Origin: an uncultured Flavobacteriaceae bacterium
GTDB taxonomy: Bacteria > Bacteroidota > Bacteroidia > Flavobacteriales > Flavobacteriaceae
NCBI GenBank assembly: GCA_965367745.1
Contig: CBDUKG010000004.1
Span: 2,197 to 66,196, forward strand
DNA: 64,000 nt
Direction: 5' to 3'
In this document: piece after piece, positions 50,908 to 61,268 of the stretch
Numbering within the stretch: the stretch's first letter is position 1
How the letters are laid out: each line of letters opens with the position of its first letter
Position numbers and translations under genes: made by a program
Notes under the pieces: generated by a model
Databases searched by the model: none
Told to the model about the DNA's origin: nothing
Seen by the model: only the letters and a program-made list of their open reading frames with translations

Positions 50908-51963
50908 TTAAAACCATTTTTTCCTTCTGAAATAGAACAACATTAAGATAAAAATAACTAGTATAATTAACCAAAAACCAAAGTATCCCCATTTCCAAGT
51001 TAGTTCTGGAATGTTAGCGAAGTTCATGCCGTAAATTCCAGCTAAAAAAGTAAGTGGAATAAAAATTGTAGAAACTACGGTTAGAGTTTTCATAACTTGG
51101 TTCATCCTGTGTCCTTGAATAGAAAAGAATAAATTTATGTTACTTTCAAGTCTAGCTTCAATTTTATCGCAACTGTCTAAAAGCGTAAGACAGATATCTT
51201 TAATTTCAAAAAAATATTTAATGTGTTTTTGTTGAATAAGTTTAAATTGTTCTCGTTCGATTTTTGTTGCAAAATCGCGTATTGGGATAATTGTTTTTTT
51301 AATAAAATGCAATTGCCGTTTGTAAATTTCAATCGTGTTTAATAATTCGGGTGAAGGGTCTTCATTAATATCAATCAGCGCAAAATTTTCAACTTTATCT
51401 TCTATACTATCAATAGTTTTAAAATAATTATCTAAAATAGATTCCAATAAAAGAAAAAGTAAATAGTCCGTAGTTCTTTCTCGTGAAATTCCAATATTTT
51501 CTCTTAATCTGTGTCTAACATGTTCAAAATGATCCGCTTTTCTTTCTTGAAACGATATTAAAAAGTTTTTGCCTAAAATAAAACTTAATTGTTCCGCTTC
51601 AATTTCGATAGTTTCGGAAGGTAATAAAGATTTTATTGAGAAAAAGATGTAATCTTCATACTGTTGAAATTTGGGTCTTTGATTTACATCTAAAATATCT
51701 TGAATTACTAAATCGTGAACTCCAGTTTTCTTACAAATACTATAAATTTGTTCTACATCGTGTATTGCGTGTGTATTCAGCCAATATTGTTTGGTTTCAT
51801 CTGTAAAACCATTATAATCTTTTTCGTAAAAATTATTGTTTTCATTTAATTCATTTTGGGTGTAACTAAAAAGTTGCATCCTAAATTCATCAGTATATTT
51901 ATTTCCAGTAAAAATGGGATTATGAGGATTTAATTTTTTTCTATTCAGTTTTTTTTTGCCCAT
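50908..51963 (-). CDS. corA: magnesium/cobalt transporter CorA
   Basis: QRPK, MNQVMKTLT, YGMNF and PEL motifs. Confidence 0.96.
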   Translation of the reverse strand: MGKKKLNRKKLNPHNPIFTGNKYTDEFRMQLFSYTQNELNENNNFYEKDYNGFTDETKQYWLNTHAIHDVEQIYSICKKTGVHDLVIQDILDVNQRPKFQQYEDYIFFSIKSLLPSETIEIEAEQLSFILGKNFLISFQERKADHFEHVRHRLRENIGISRERTTDYLLFLLLESILDNYFKTIDSIEDKVENFALIDINEDPSPELLNTIEIYKRQLHFIKKTIIPIRDFATKIEREQFKLIQQKHIKYFFEIKDICLTLLDSCDKIEARLESNINLFFSIQGHRMNQVMKTLTVVSTIFIPLTFLAGIYGMNFANIPELTWKWGYFGFWLIILVIFILMLFYFRRKKWF

Positions 51964-52152
51964 TATAAAATTCTTTTAAATAAGATTTCTTTTTATTAGA
52001 AGTAATTTAAATGTATAAAATAAAATTCACTTTTTTAGAAAAATCTAATATCAATTAAATTTAAACCGTTATTTCGTCGATTACTTTTAAACTATATTAT
52101 ATTTGTAGTTATTAAATGTCCATTAGACCTTAAAAACAATAAGTAGAAATAG

Positions 52153-53091
52153 ATGAAGGGAGTTGTAACAAAATCGACAGGAAGTTGGTATACAGTATTT
52201 GATGAAAATAGTGATACCATTGATTGTAGGTTAAAAGGGAAATTTAGATTAAAAGGGATAAAAAGTACAAACCCAGTAGCTGTTGGAGACCACGTTATAT
52301 TTGAATTTGAAGACGGAAAAGAAACTGGTGTTATAAATAAGATTCTTGAAAGAAAGAACTATATTATTCGTAAGTCTGTTAACCTATCTAAGCAAACACA
52401 TATAATTGCTTCAAATATCGATACAGCTTTTTTATTGGTTACTATAGACAATCCTCCAACATTTACAGGTTTTATAGATCGTTTTTTGGCTACTGCTGAA
52501 GCTTATAATATTACAACTGTATTATTGTTTAATAAGTTAGATATTTATGACGACGAGGAATTAGAAAAACTTGCGTTATTAGACGCGACTTATACCGATA
52601 TTGGCTATAAATGTATTGCCATTTCAGCAACAAAAAATATTGGTATTGATGAGGTGAAAGCATTAATGAAAGATAAAACTACTATGTTTTCTGGACATTC
52701 AGGAGTTGGGAAATCAACCTTAATTAATGCAATTGAACCAACTCTCAATTTAAAAACAAAGGAAGTTTCTAAACAACATAGGCAAGGAATGCATACCACC
52801 ACATTTGCTGAAATGTTTCATTTAAGTTTTGGTGGATTTATAATTGATACTCCTGGAATTAAAGGTTTTGGAGTAGTAGATTTTGAACCACATCAAATAA
52901 CAGATTATTTTCCTGAATTTTTTAAATTAAAATCTAACTGTAAATTCAACAATTGTTTGCATATAAATGAACCTAAATGCGCTATAAAAGAAGCCGTTGA
53001 AAATGGTGAAATTGCATATTCTCGTTACAATAGTTATGTGCAAATGGTTGAAGGAGATGAAGAGCATTATAGAACGGATATTTATGGTTAA
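52153..53091 (+). CDS. rsgA: ribosome small subunit-dependent GTPase
   Basis: NKLD, GHSGVGKS, HTTT, DTPG, CKFNNCLHINEPKC zinc finger. Confidence 0.98.
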   Translation: MKGVVTKSTGSWYTVFDENSDTIDCRLKGKFRLKGIKSTNPVAVGDHVIFEFEDGKETGVINKILERKNYIIRKSVNLSKQTHIIASNIDTAFLLVTIDNPPTFTGFIDRFLATAEAYNITTVLLFNKLDIYDDEELEKLALLDATYTDIGYKCIAISATKNIGIDEVKALMKDKTTMFSGHSGVGKSTLINAIEPTLNLKTKEVSKQHRQGMHTTTFAEMFHLSFGGFIIDTPGIKGFGVVDFEPHQITDYFPEFFKLKSNCKFNNCLHINEPKCAIKEAVENGEIAYSRYNSYVQMVEGDEEHYRTDIYG

Positions 53092-53117
53092 TTTAACCAA
53101 TAGCCAATAGTAAAGAT

Positions 53118-53570
53118 ATGAAAGCAGTTATTCAAAGAGTGTTAGAAGCTTCAGTTACAATTGACGGAAAAGTAGTAAGTGAAATTAAAAACGGATTACT
53201 TATTTTAGTTGGAATTGTTGCGGATGATACAATAGAAGATATTAATTGGTTGTCAAAAAAAATTGTAAACCTCAGGATTTTTAATGATGAGAATGGCGTT
53301 ATGAATAATTCATTAATAGCTATTGATGGAGATGCCATAATTGTAAGTCAGTTTACCTTGCAGGCAAGCACAAAAAAAGGAAACCGACCTTCTTATTTAA
53401 AAGCTGCAAAACCAGAAATTGCAGTACCACTTTATAAACAATTTGTTACCAAAATTGAAATAGAACTACAAAAAAAAGTAGGAACAGGAGAATTTGGTGC
53501 AGATATGAAAGTTGCCTTAATAAATGATGGCCCTGTTACAATTTTAATAGATTCTAAACAGAAGGAATAA
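53118..53570 (+). CDS. dtd: D-aminoacyl-tRNA deacylase
   Basis: IQRV, SQFTL, GNRPS and NDGPVT motifs. Confidence 0.98.
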   Translation: MKAVIQRVLEASVTIDGKVVSEIKNGLLILVGIVADDTIEDINWLSKKIVNLRIFNDENGVMNNSLIAIDGDAIIVSQFTLQASTKKGNRPSYLKAAKPEIAVPLYKQFVTKIEIELQKKVGTGEFGADMKVALINDGPVTILIDSKQKE

Positions 53571-53791
53571 TTAAAGAATTTAAAAAGTAAAAATATTTTT
53601 TCAGAAATTTGATTAAAAACTTATCAGATAAATTTGAATACAATTGTTGGAAAAGTATAAATAATTAATAATGAATCAATTAAAAAGACTGCCTTTTTCG
53701 TTAAAAAACTCATAAAATATTATAAAGAATATAAGTTAATTGTATTATTTAGTATTTTTGCAAATGCTAAAAAAAATAAAAAACTAAAAAA

Positions 53792-54439
53792 ATGAAAAAA
53801 CAAATCTTATCATTACTAGTAGTATCACTACTATTTATTTCTTGTAAAGAAAAAGTAAAAGAAGAAAAGAATACAACAGAAGCCAAAACTGAAGTTCAAG
53901 CAATAAAAGATCAGGCAATAGCTGACGCTAATTATACTGCAAATACTGAAGCTTCTGTACTAAATTGGAAAGGGTTTAAACCAACAGGAACTCATAATGG
54001 TACTGTTGCAATTAAAAATGGAACTTTTGAAGTAAAAGAGGGGAAATTAGTTGGTGGAAATTTTGTGTTTGATATGAACGCTATTACAGTTTTAGACATA
54101 CCTGCAGAAGATGAAGGAAATGGAAAATTAAAAGGCCATTTAGAAAGTGGAGACTTTTTTGATGTTGCAAAAAACCCTGAAGCTACATTTAAAATTACAA
54201 GTGTTGATGGTAACTTAGTTAAAGGAGATTTAACTGTTAAAGGAATTACCAAAAACATTGAATTTCCTGCAGCAATAACTACAACCGATTCTGGAGTACA
54301 ACTTTCTGGAACAGCTTTTGAAATTGATAGAACTGAATTTGACATTAAATATAAATCTGAAAAATTCTTCGATAATTTAAAAGATAAATTTATTAATGAT
54401 GAATTTGAAATTTCTTTTGAATTGAACGCATCAAAATAA
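53792..54439 (+). CDS. YceI-family lipoprotein
   Basis: Lipobox (FISC), W.G.K..G.HNG, HLESGDFF, GDLTVKG. Confidence 0.92.
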   Translation: MKKQILSLLVVSLLFISCKEKVKEEKNTTEAKTEVQAIKDQAIADANYTANTEASVLNWKGFKPTGTHNGTVAIKNGTFEVKEGKLVGGNFVFDMNAITVLDIPAEDEGNGKLKGHLESGDFFDVAKNPEATFKITSVDGNLVKGDLTVKGITKNIEFPAAITTTDSGVQLSGTAFEIDRTEFDIKYKSEKFFDNLKDKFINDEFEISFELNASK

Positions 54440-54538
54440 ATTATTTAGCAATAAACAATCTTAAATTGCTTGCTTTTATTGTAAGGATTAACGCTAAAAC
54501 AATACTATTGTATTGTTATTAATTAAAAAAGAACAAAA

Positions 54539-55117
54539 ATGAAAAAATTTGGAATACTAGTATCAATTGCATTTGTAGTATTATCGTTTTCAACAGTAGC
54601 TGCACAAGAAAAGTTCGAAGTGGATGTTGCAAATTCAACAATTACTTGGAAAGGCTACAAGCCAACAGGCTCACATAATGGAACAATTGACTTACAATCA
54701 GGTACTTTAGAAATGGATGGCCAAGATTTGGCGGGAGGTTCTTTTGTAGTAGCTATGTCATCATTGAAAGATGCAGATGGAAGCGGAAGGTTAGAAGGGC
54801 ATTTAAAATCTAAAGATTTCTTTGAAGTAGAAACATTTACTAATTCTACCTTTGTAATTACTGAAGTTGCTTCAGATGAAGATGAAAATTTAATGATTAC
54901 GGGAGAAATGACAATTAAAGGTATTACAAAACAAATCTCTTTTGAAGCTGAAGTTTCTGAAACAGCTACTTCCGTTACTTTAATGTCAAGTGTTTTTCAA
55001 ATTAACAGAGCCGATTTTAATGTTACATTTAAATCCAAAACATTTTTTAACAACTTGAAAGATAAGTTTATAAATGATGAATTTGATTTACAAGTTACGA
55101 TTGTAGCGAATAAATAA
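54539..55117 (+). CDS. YceI-family secreted protein (tandem paralog)
   Basis: SpI-type signal peptide, WKGYKPTGSHNG, HLKSKDFF. Confidence 0.92.
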   Translation: MKKFGILVSIAFVVLSFSTVAAQEKFEVDVANSTITWKGYKPTGSHNGTIDLQSGTLEMDGQDLAGGSFVVAMSSLKDADGSGRLEGHLKSKDFFEVETFTNSTFVITEVASDEDENLMITGEMTIKGITKQISFEAEVSETATSVTLMSSVFQINRADFNVTFKSKTFFNNLKDKFINDEFDLQVTIVANK

Positions 55118-55138
55118 GATTTACTAAAGTTATAATTT

Positions 55139-55176
55139 AACGTCATTCTGTAGTTTTACTTGGGATGACGTTTTTT
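55139..55176 (+). terminator. intrinsic terminator
   Basis: AACGTCATTC..GGATGACGTT plus T-tract. Confidence 0.7.
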
Positions 55177-55202
55177 ATTGCTTATTTTTCACAGCCTTTC
55201 TT

Positions 55203-55667
55203 TTATACTAATTTGTAAATGGTATTTTCTTTAACCATGCTCATTACAAAATTGCTTTGCACATTAGAAACGGATTCTAAAACAGAAAGTTTATTTTTTA
55301 AAAAAAATTGATAGGATTTTATATTTGGAGTTACAATTTTTAATAAATAATCAAAGTTTCCAGCAATATGAAAACACCCAACAACTTCGGGCATTTTTTC
55401 AATTGCGTTTTCAAATTGAGTAATTAATTTTTTGGAATGTACTTGAAGTGTTACCTGACAAAAAACTACCAAATTTAAACCCACTTTTTCTCTATTTATT
55501 TCGGCTTTGTAATGGGTAATAGTTCCGGATTTTTCTAAGCGTTTAATTCTGTCGTAAGTAGGTGTAGTTGTTAAACCAATTTTTAATGCAATTTCTTTTA
55601 TATTCATTTTTGAATTTTGTTGTAAGTGCATTAAGATTTGACTATCAATTGTATCAATTTTATTCAT
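55203..55667 (-). CDS. Lrp/AsnC family transcriptional regulator
   Basis: HTH (YDRIKRLEKSG) and RAM domain (IAGNFDYLLK). Confidence 0.96.
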   Translation of the reverse strand: MNKIDTIDSQILMHLQQNSKMNIKEIALKIGLTTTPTYDRIKRLEKSGTITHYKAEINREKVGLNLVVFCQVTLQVHSKKLITQFENAIEKMPEVVGCFHIAGNFDYLLKIVTPNIKSYQFFLKNKLSVLESVSNVQSNFVMSMVKENTIYKLV

Positions 55668-55847
55668 AAGGAGTAATTTTTTCTAAAATTAATAAAAATC
55701 TTTGCACAAAAAGAAATAAATTCTTTATTAAAGATAATTAATAGTAAAAAATAGTGTTATTGGTAAAATAATCAGAATATATAATTAATATTTCATAATT
55801 TTATATTAACAATTTTAACTAGGGATAATAATTAAAAACAGTTAGTC

Positions 55848-57047
55848 ATGAGCAATAAACCAGCAAATAATATTCAAGATTTACAATACTTTGGAGAATT
55901 CGGAGGTGTAAATCCTTCAATTTCAGATTCGGCAACCTATACTTTTTTACATGCAAAAACAATGCTCGACACTTTTGAAGGTCATGCAGAAGGTTGCTAT
56001 TTATATTCACGCCATACAAGTCCAAGTAATTTATATTTAAGTGAAGCTTTGGCAGCTATGGAATTTACTGAAACTGCAAATGTAGCGGCTTCTGGTATGG
56101 GAGCAATAACATCTGTATTTTTACAGGTTTGTGGAGCTGGAGATCATATTGTTTCTAGTAGAACTATTTACGGAGGAAGTTATGCGTTTCTTAAAAACTT
56201 TGCTCCAAAATTTAATATCTCTTCATCTTTTGTAGATATAACTTCGTTAGAAGCTGTTGAAAATGCAATTACTTCAGAAACAAAAATGATTTACTGTGAG
56301 GCAATTAGTAATCCGTTATTAGAAATTGCTAACATTGCCGAATTATCTAAAATAGCAAAAAAACACAATGTTTTATTGGTAGTTGATAATACTTTTTCTC
56401 CATTAATAATCTCACCACAAAAATTAGGTGCAGATATTACAATCCATAGTCTAACAAAATTTATAAATGGTACAAATGATACCGTTGGAGGTGTAGTTTG
56501 TGGAAGTCAAGAGTTTATTGATAGTTTAAGAAATGTGAATAATGGCGCCGCTATGTTATTAGGACCTGTTATGGATAGTTTAAGAGCTGCAAGTATTTTA
56601 AAAAACTTAAGGACACTTCATCTTAGAATGAAAAAACACAGTGAAAACGCAATGTTTTTAGCTGAGAACTTTGAAGCTGATGGTTTAAAAGTTGTATATC
56701 CAGGTTTAAAAAAACATAACGACCACGAGTTGTTTAAAGCTATGTACAACAAAGAATATGGTTTTGGTGGAATTTTAACTATTGATGTTGGCAGTTTAGA
56801 TAAAGCCAATGAATTAATGGAACTTATGCAAAATGAAAATTTAGGATATTTAGCTGTTAGTTTAGGTTTTTACAAAACGTTATTTAGTGCGCCAGGAACA
56901 AGTACTTCTTCAGAAATTCCAGAAGAAGAACAAATTAAAATGGGTCTTTCAGACGGGATTGTTCGTTTTTCTATTGGATTAGATAACGATATTGAACGCA
57001 CCTACAGAGCCATGAGAATGTGTATGAAAAAAGTTGGTGTTTTATAA
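55848..57047 (+). CDS. Cys/Met-metabolism PLP enzyme, probable methionine gamma-lyase
   Basis: FGEFGGVNPSI, YSRH, SGMGAI, DNTF and HSLTKF (PLP lysine) motifs. Confidence 0.85.
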   Translation: MSNKPANNIQDLQYFGEFGGVNPSISDSATYTFLHAKTMLDTFEGHAEGCYLYSRHTSPSNLYLSEALAAMEFTETANVAASGMGAITSVFLQVCGAGDHIVSSRTIYGGSYAFLKNFAPKFNISSSFVDITSLEAVENAITSETKMIYCEAISNPLLEIANIAELSKIAKKHNVLLVVDNTFSPLIISPQKLGADITIHSLTKFINGTNDTVGGVVCGSQEFIDSLRNVNNGAAMLLGPVMDSLRAASILKNLRTLHLRMKKHSENAMFLAENFEADGLKVVYPGLKKHNDHELFKAMYNKEYGFGGILTIDVGSLDKANELMELMQNENLGYLAVSLGFYKTLFSAPGTSTSSEIPEEEQIKMGLSDGIVRFSIGLDNDIERTYRAMRMCMKKVGVL

Positions 57048-57071
57048 ACCTTTATTCTTTTTAATTTTTAC

Positions 57072-57103
57072 AAGCCTCATTCATTAATTTGAATGGGGCT
57101 TTT
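57072..57103 (+). terminator. intrinsic terminator
   Basis: AAGCCTCATTCA..TGAATGGGGCTTTT. Confidence 0.75.
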
Positions 57104-57155
57104 AATTTGTGTAAACTTTCAATTTTGTGTATTATTACATTTCTAAAAATAATTC

Positions 57156-58616
57156 ATGCAGGAAAACAAGAACACTACAGAAACAGAGGACCACGATATT
57201 ATAAATAATTTAGAACTCAATTTTTTTGAAGCACTTATTCCTGTGGTAGCTTTAATGTTAATGTTAGCATATAATATTTTTTTTGCAGATGGTGTTTTGT
57301 TAGGTGATTACTCCAATCAGTTTATTTTATTATTAGGTGGTTTTGTTGCTGCAATAGTTGGCTTTTTTAATAAAGTGAATTTTAAAACAATGGTTGTTGA
57401 AATTATTGATAACCTAAAAAGTGTTTTTGTACCTATAATGATCTTGTTTTTAGTTGGCGCATTGGCAGGAACATGGTTGGTAAGTGGTATTATACCAGCA
57501 ATGGTTTATTATGGACTTCAAGTGTTAAATCCAACAATTTTTTTACCAGCTTCAGTAATTATCGCCGCACTAATTTCTATTGCAACAGGAAGTTCTTGGA
57601 CAACTTCTGCAACGGTTGGTATTGCGTTGGTCGGAATTGGTAGTGCCTTAGGTATTCCAACAGGTATGATAGCTGGTGCAGTAATTTCAGGAGCCTATTT
57701 TGGAGATAAAATGTCACCTTTAAGTGATACTACAAATTTAGCTCCAGCGATGGCAGGAACAGATTTATTTACGCATATACGCTATATGACAATTACCACA
57801 GTACCAACAATTATAATTACGCTAATTGTGTTTAGTATTCTAAGTTTTAATATTGATACTTCTGGAAATGCAGATGTTAGCGGTTTATTAAATACTATTA
57901 ATAGTACGTTTAATATTTCACCATATTTGTTTATTGTACCAGTAGCCGTAATTGTATTAATTGTAACCAAAACAAAACCATTAATTGCTCTTGGAGTTGG
58001 TGTTTTATTAGCAGCTGTTTTTGCATTTATTTTTCAATCGGAGATATTAAGTGAGTTATCTAATTCAAATTTTAAATCAATAATAAATGCAATATTTATT
58101 GATACTGAAATTACCACCGATAACGAAAAATTAAACGAACTTTTTAGTGCAGGTGGGATGCAAGGAATGCTATGGACTATATTTCTTATTATTTGTGCTA
58201 TGGTTTTTGGTGGAATTATGGACGCCATTGGAGCCTTAACAAGAATTACCGATGCTTTACTAAAAGTTGCCTCATCTGTATTTGGCTTATTTGCAAGTAC
58301 TGTTGTAAGTTGCTTAGGTTTAAATGCAATAGCATCTGACCAATATTTGGCAATTGTAATTCCTGGAAAAATGTTTAAACAAGCCTATGAAGATAAAGGT
58401 TTAGCACCTGAAAATTTAAGTAGAAGTTTAGAAGATTCTGGAACTGTCACATCCGTTTTAATCCCTTGGAATACTTGTGGAGCGTATCAATCTACGGTTT
58501 TAGGAGTTAATGTTGCAGATTATTTTGTTTACGCAATATTTAATTGGTTAAGTCCATTTACAACGTTGTTTTTTGCTGCATTAAATATTAAAATAAAGCA
58601 ATTGAAGAAAGAATAA
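57156..58616 (+). CDS. NhaC-family Na+/H+ antiporter or amino-acid transporter
   Basis: TGSSWTT, GAYFGDKMSPLSDTT and EDSGT..LIPW motifs. Confidence 0.93.
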   Translation: MQENKNTTETEDHDIINNLELNFFEALIPVVALMLMLAYNIFFADGVLLGDYSNQFILLLGGFVAAIVGFFNKVNFKTMVVEIIDNLKSVFVPIMILFLVGALAGTWLVSGIIPAMVYYGLQVLNPTIFLPASVIIAALISIATGSSWTTSATVGIALVGIGSALGIPTGMIAGAVISGAYFGDKMSPLSDTTNLAPAMAGTDLFTHIRYMTITTVPTIIITLIVFSILSFNIDTSGNADVSGLLNTINSTFNISPYLFIVPVAVIVLIVTKTKPLIALGVGVLLAAVFAFIFQSEILSELSNSNFKSIINAIFIDTEITTDNEKLNELFSAGGMQGMLWTIFLIICAMVFGGIMDAIGALTRITDALLKVASSVFGLFASTVVSCLGLNAIASDQYLAIVIPGKMFKQAYEDKGLAPENLSRSLEDSGTVTSVLIPWNTCGAYQSTVLGVNVADYFVYAIFNWLSPFTTLFFAALNIKIKQLKKE

Positions 58617-58704
58617 CTATATTAATTTATAATGTTATAATAATTGAGAAGAAAGATATCCATGCATTGCAAAATATGCATTCTTTAATATTACTTATAC
58701 AGAC

Positions 58705-61170
58705 TTAAATAAAGAAATTCCAAACCAAACCAAACCGAACTGATAAATCTCTGTATGGATAATTTGGTGCACTATAATAATTTCTACCTGTAAAACTAGC
58801 TCCAAAATTTTCAACTTTTAAAAAGATGCGTGTTCTGCGAACTTGCATATTAAAAAAGAAATCTAAGATAGGATAGTTTCCAATTTCAGTTTCATTTTGC
58901 AGTACAAATTCACTTAAAAGCGGATTGTAGGCATTAGATTTAAATGCAGTAAAGTATTTAAAAGTAATACCAGTTTGTAAATAAAGCGGTTTTCCTTTAA
59001 ATACATAATTTGCATAATACAAGGTGTTCTGAGTAACTATTTGTGGCACATGAAAAAATGATTCACCTTCTAATACATTTTGATACATAACTGTATTGTC
59101 TAAGGTAAAGTTTCTAAATGTAAAATACTGGTTGGCTTTTACTTTAATATAATTTAAAGTTTCTTTGGCTTGAGTTGGACGAGAAATTGTATCAAAATAT
59201 GTGTAATTATCAATTAAATTATACGAAGCATTTATACTTCCCCACTTATTTAATTTAAATTCAACACCAGCATTTTTTAGTTCTTCATTGTCAAAATTAT
59301 TTTTCCAATTGTAATCTTTAAAAGCACTTTGATATAAGATTTTATTTAAACTAGGTGATTTTGAAGTAACTTCAGCATATCCTTTAATACTAAAAATACT
59401 GTCTTTTTTATAGTTTACAGAAGCTTTTATAGAATTCCCGGTTAGGTCTCCAGAAATAATTGAAGTAGCATCTGCATTTATGCTTAAGTTACCAATAGTT
59501 GCTTTCCAATCTGCTCCTGCAGCAAGCACATCTCCTTTTAATCTATCGGAAATTGTAATGGTATCTAAAAACAAAATACTATTGTAATGGTAATTATATT
59601 TATAATAATTTGCTTTTGCTCTTAAAGTTCCAGTGTATGGCGTATATAGCTCAAAATAGAGCTGATTTTCCATATTTTGATAAGAAGTATGATCTTTAAT
59701 AGAAGTTTCATAAGAATCACCAAAGACAGTGCCAGGAGCACCTTTTTTAAATCTATAATGTTTGGTTTCATACATAAATGTATGCCCTAACTTTATAACT
59801 AAATTATCTCTAATAGTTTTAATGGAATCTAATTTAGAAATTTTAACTTGAGCAGAGTCTTTAGGTGTTTTTTTGGTATTTTTTTTATTTAAAGCGAGTT
59901 GTTTTTCGCTTTTTAATTTTGAAACTGTGTCATTCTTTTTTATTGAAATAGCTAACGTATCTTTAGCCTTTAGATTGGTTTTTACTAATTCTTTTCTAGG
60001 TAAAATAACCGTGGAATCTTTAGATTTTAAATTAGCTACTACTGCACCCTTTTCAGGTAAATTTCTGGTAGAATCTTTTGCTTTTAGATTTTTTTCTACC
60101 ACGTCTTTTTTAGGTGAAATAATAGATGAATCTTTCAGCTTTATAGTTGCTGCTATTAAATCTTCATCAATCGAAATATTAGTAGAATCTTTAGGTTTTA
60201 GATTACTAACCTCCAATTTCTTTTTAGATAAAAGAGTTATAGAATCCATTCGGATAGAATCAGCTGCTTTAAGTGCAAGTATATTATTTAAAGAATCTGT
60301 CTTTTTTTGTTCAATAAGTAATTTGCTTTTTATATGTTTTTTGGTTAGTTGATTCTTTTTTGAAAAAAGTGTGATGCTTTGGTTCACAAAATACCGCTTT
60401 CCTTCATACATATTTTCTGCATCTGTAAAATTAACTTCTAAGCGACCACGATCTGTATAATTAGGGTCATTAATTTCAAAATAATTTATAGACTCTTGTG
60501 TTAAACCACCATTTTCCTCATTAAGAAAATCAAATGAATAAAAATGACCTTTTAAATAGTAGTTTTTGTTTTTAGAATTGTAATTAAAAGTTGTTCTAAA
60601 ATTACCATGACTGGCTAAAGATTCTCTATATTTTCCTAAGGATCGTAATCCTTTATAAGCTAATGAAAAATTAAATTGAGGCGAAGTATTCATTGTTAAG
60701 AAAGCATCTAGAACCTGCCCTTGTTCTAAACCAGTTCTATACATAAACTCTGAAGTAGGTGTTGGAACTCTATAATATTTTATGGCATCAACATTGTAAT
60801 AATTAAATTGTTTAGCATTCATTCCCATATCTGGGAAAACTGAATTACCTTCAAAGTCAAAACCCAATTTGTTAAAAGTTTGCCCTTGATTATGAAATGG
60901 CAATAATTCAAAATTATCTTTTCTGATATAGTTGAATTTAAAATCTTTTTGTAAAGTTAATGTGGTATCAATAACTGTAGTATCATTATGCACAGAAAAC
61001 AATCTATAATCTGTGTACTTAGTTTTTCCACTAAGTTTAACTTTAACTGCATCTTTAAATGAAGTACTATCAGATTGAAATAGCCCATTGTCACGGTCAG
61101 GCCTAATTACTTGTGCCGAAATATTTAAAAAATAAAACCCTAAAAATAATGTTACTAATACTTTTTTCAT
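58705..61170 (-). CDS. putative outer-membrane porin (Bacteroidota family) with a large repetitive insert
   Basis: Signal peptide, DTTL, ENGG, C-terminal FGLVWNFF; K/D/S-rich insert at about aa 275-455. Confidence 0.85.
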   Translation of the reverse strand: MKKVLVTLFLGFYFLNISAQVIRPDRDNGLFQSDSTSFKDAVKVKLSGKTKYTDYRLFSVHNDTTVIDTTLTLQKDFKFNYIRKDNFELLPFHNQGQTFNKLGFDFEGNSVFPDMGMNAKQFNYYNVDAIKYYRVPTPTSEFMYRTGLEQGQVLDAFLTMNTSPQFNFSLAYKGLRSLGKYRESLASHGNFRTTFNYNSKNKNYYLKGHFYSFDFLNEENGGLTQESINYFEINDPNYTDRGRLEVNFTDAENMYEGKRYFVNQSITLFSKKNQLTKKHIKSKLLIEQKKTDSLNNILALKAADSIRMDSITLLSKKKLEVSNLKPKDSTNISIDEDLIAATIKLKDSSIISPKKDVVEKNLKAKDSTRNLPEKGAVVANLKSKDSTVILPRKELVKTNLKAKDTLAISIKKNDTVSKLKSEKQLALNKKNTKKTPKDSAQVKISKLDSIKTIRDNLVIKLGHTFMYETKHYRFKKGAPGTVFGDSYETSIKDHTSYQNMENQLYFELYTPYTGTLRAKANYYKYNYHYNSILFLDTITISDRLKGDVLAAGADWKATIGNLSINADATSIISGDLTGNSIKASVNYKKDSIFSIKGYAEVTSKSPSLNKILYQSAFKDYNWKNNFDNEELKNAGVEFKLNKWGSINASYNLIDNYTYFDTISRPTQAKETLNYIKVKANQYFTFRNFTLDNTVMYQNVLEGESFFHVPQIVTQNTLYYANYVFKGKPLYLQTGITFKYFTAFKSNAYNPLLSEFVLQNETEIGNYPILDFFFNMQVRRTRIFLKVENFGASFTGRNYYSAPNYPYRDLSVRFGLVWNFFI
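59932..60216 (-). repeat. 5 x 57-nt (19-aa) degenerate coding tandem repeat
   Basis: GAATCTTT/GTATCTTT anchors at 60185, 60128, 60071, 60014 and 59957 (exact 57-nt period); protein unit N-L-K-x-K-D-S/T. Confidence 0.9.
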
Positions 61171-61268
61171 AAATTATATAAAGTAGCAAAGGTAAATTAT
61201 TTGAACGAAAATAATAATAGTAAATTGCAATGATAACTTTTTTAATTTTGTAATCTTATTTTTAACAT

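Noticed and set aside
59873-60352. 159-aa plus-strand ORF
   Set aside because: Antisense shadow of the porin repeat region; F/S/L-rich, as expected from reverse-complemented Lys/Asp codons
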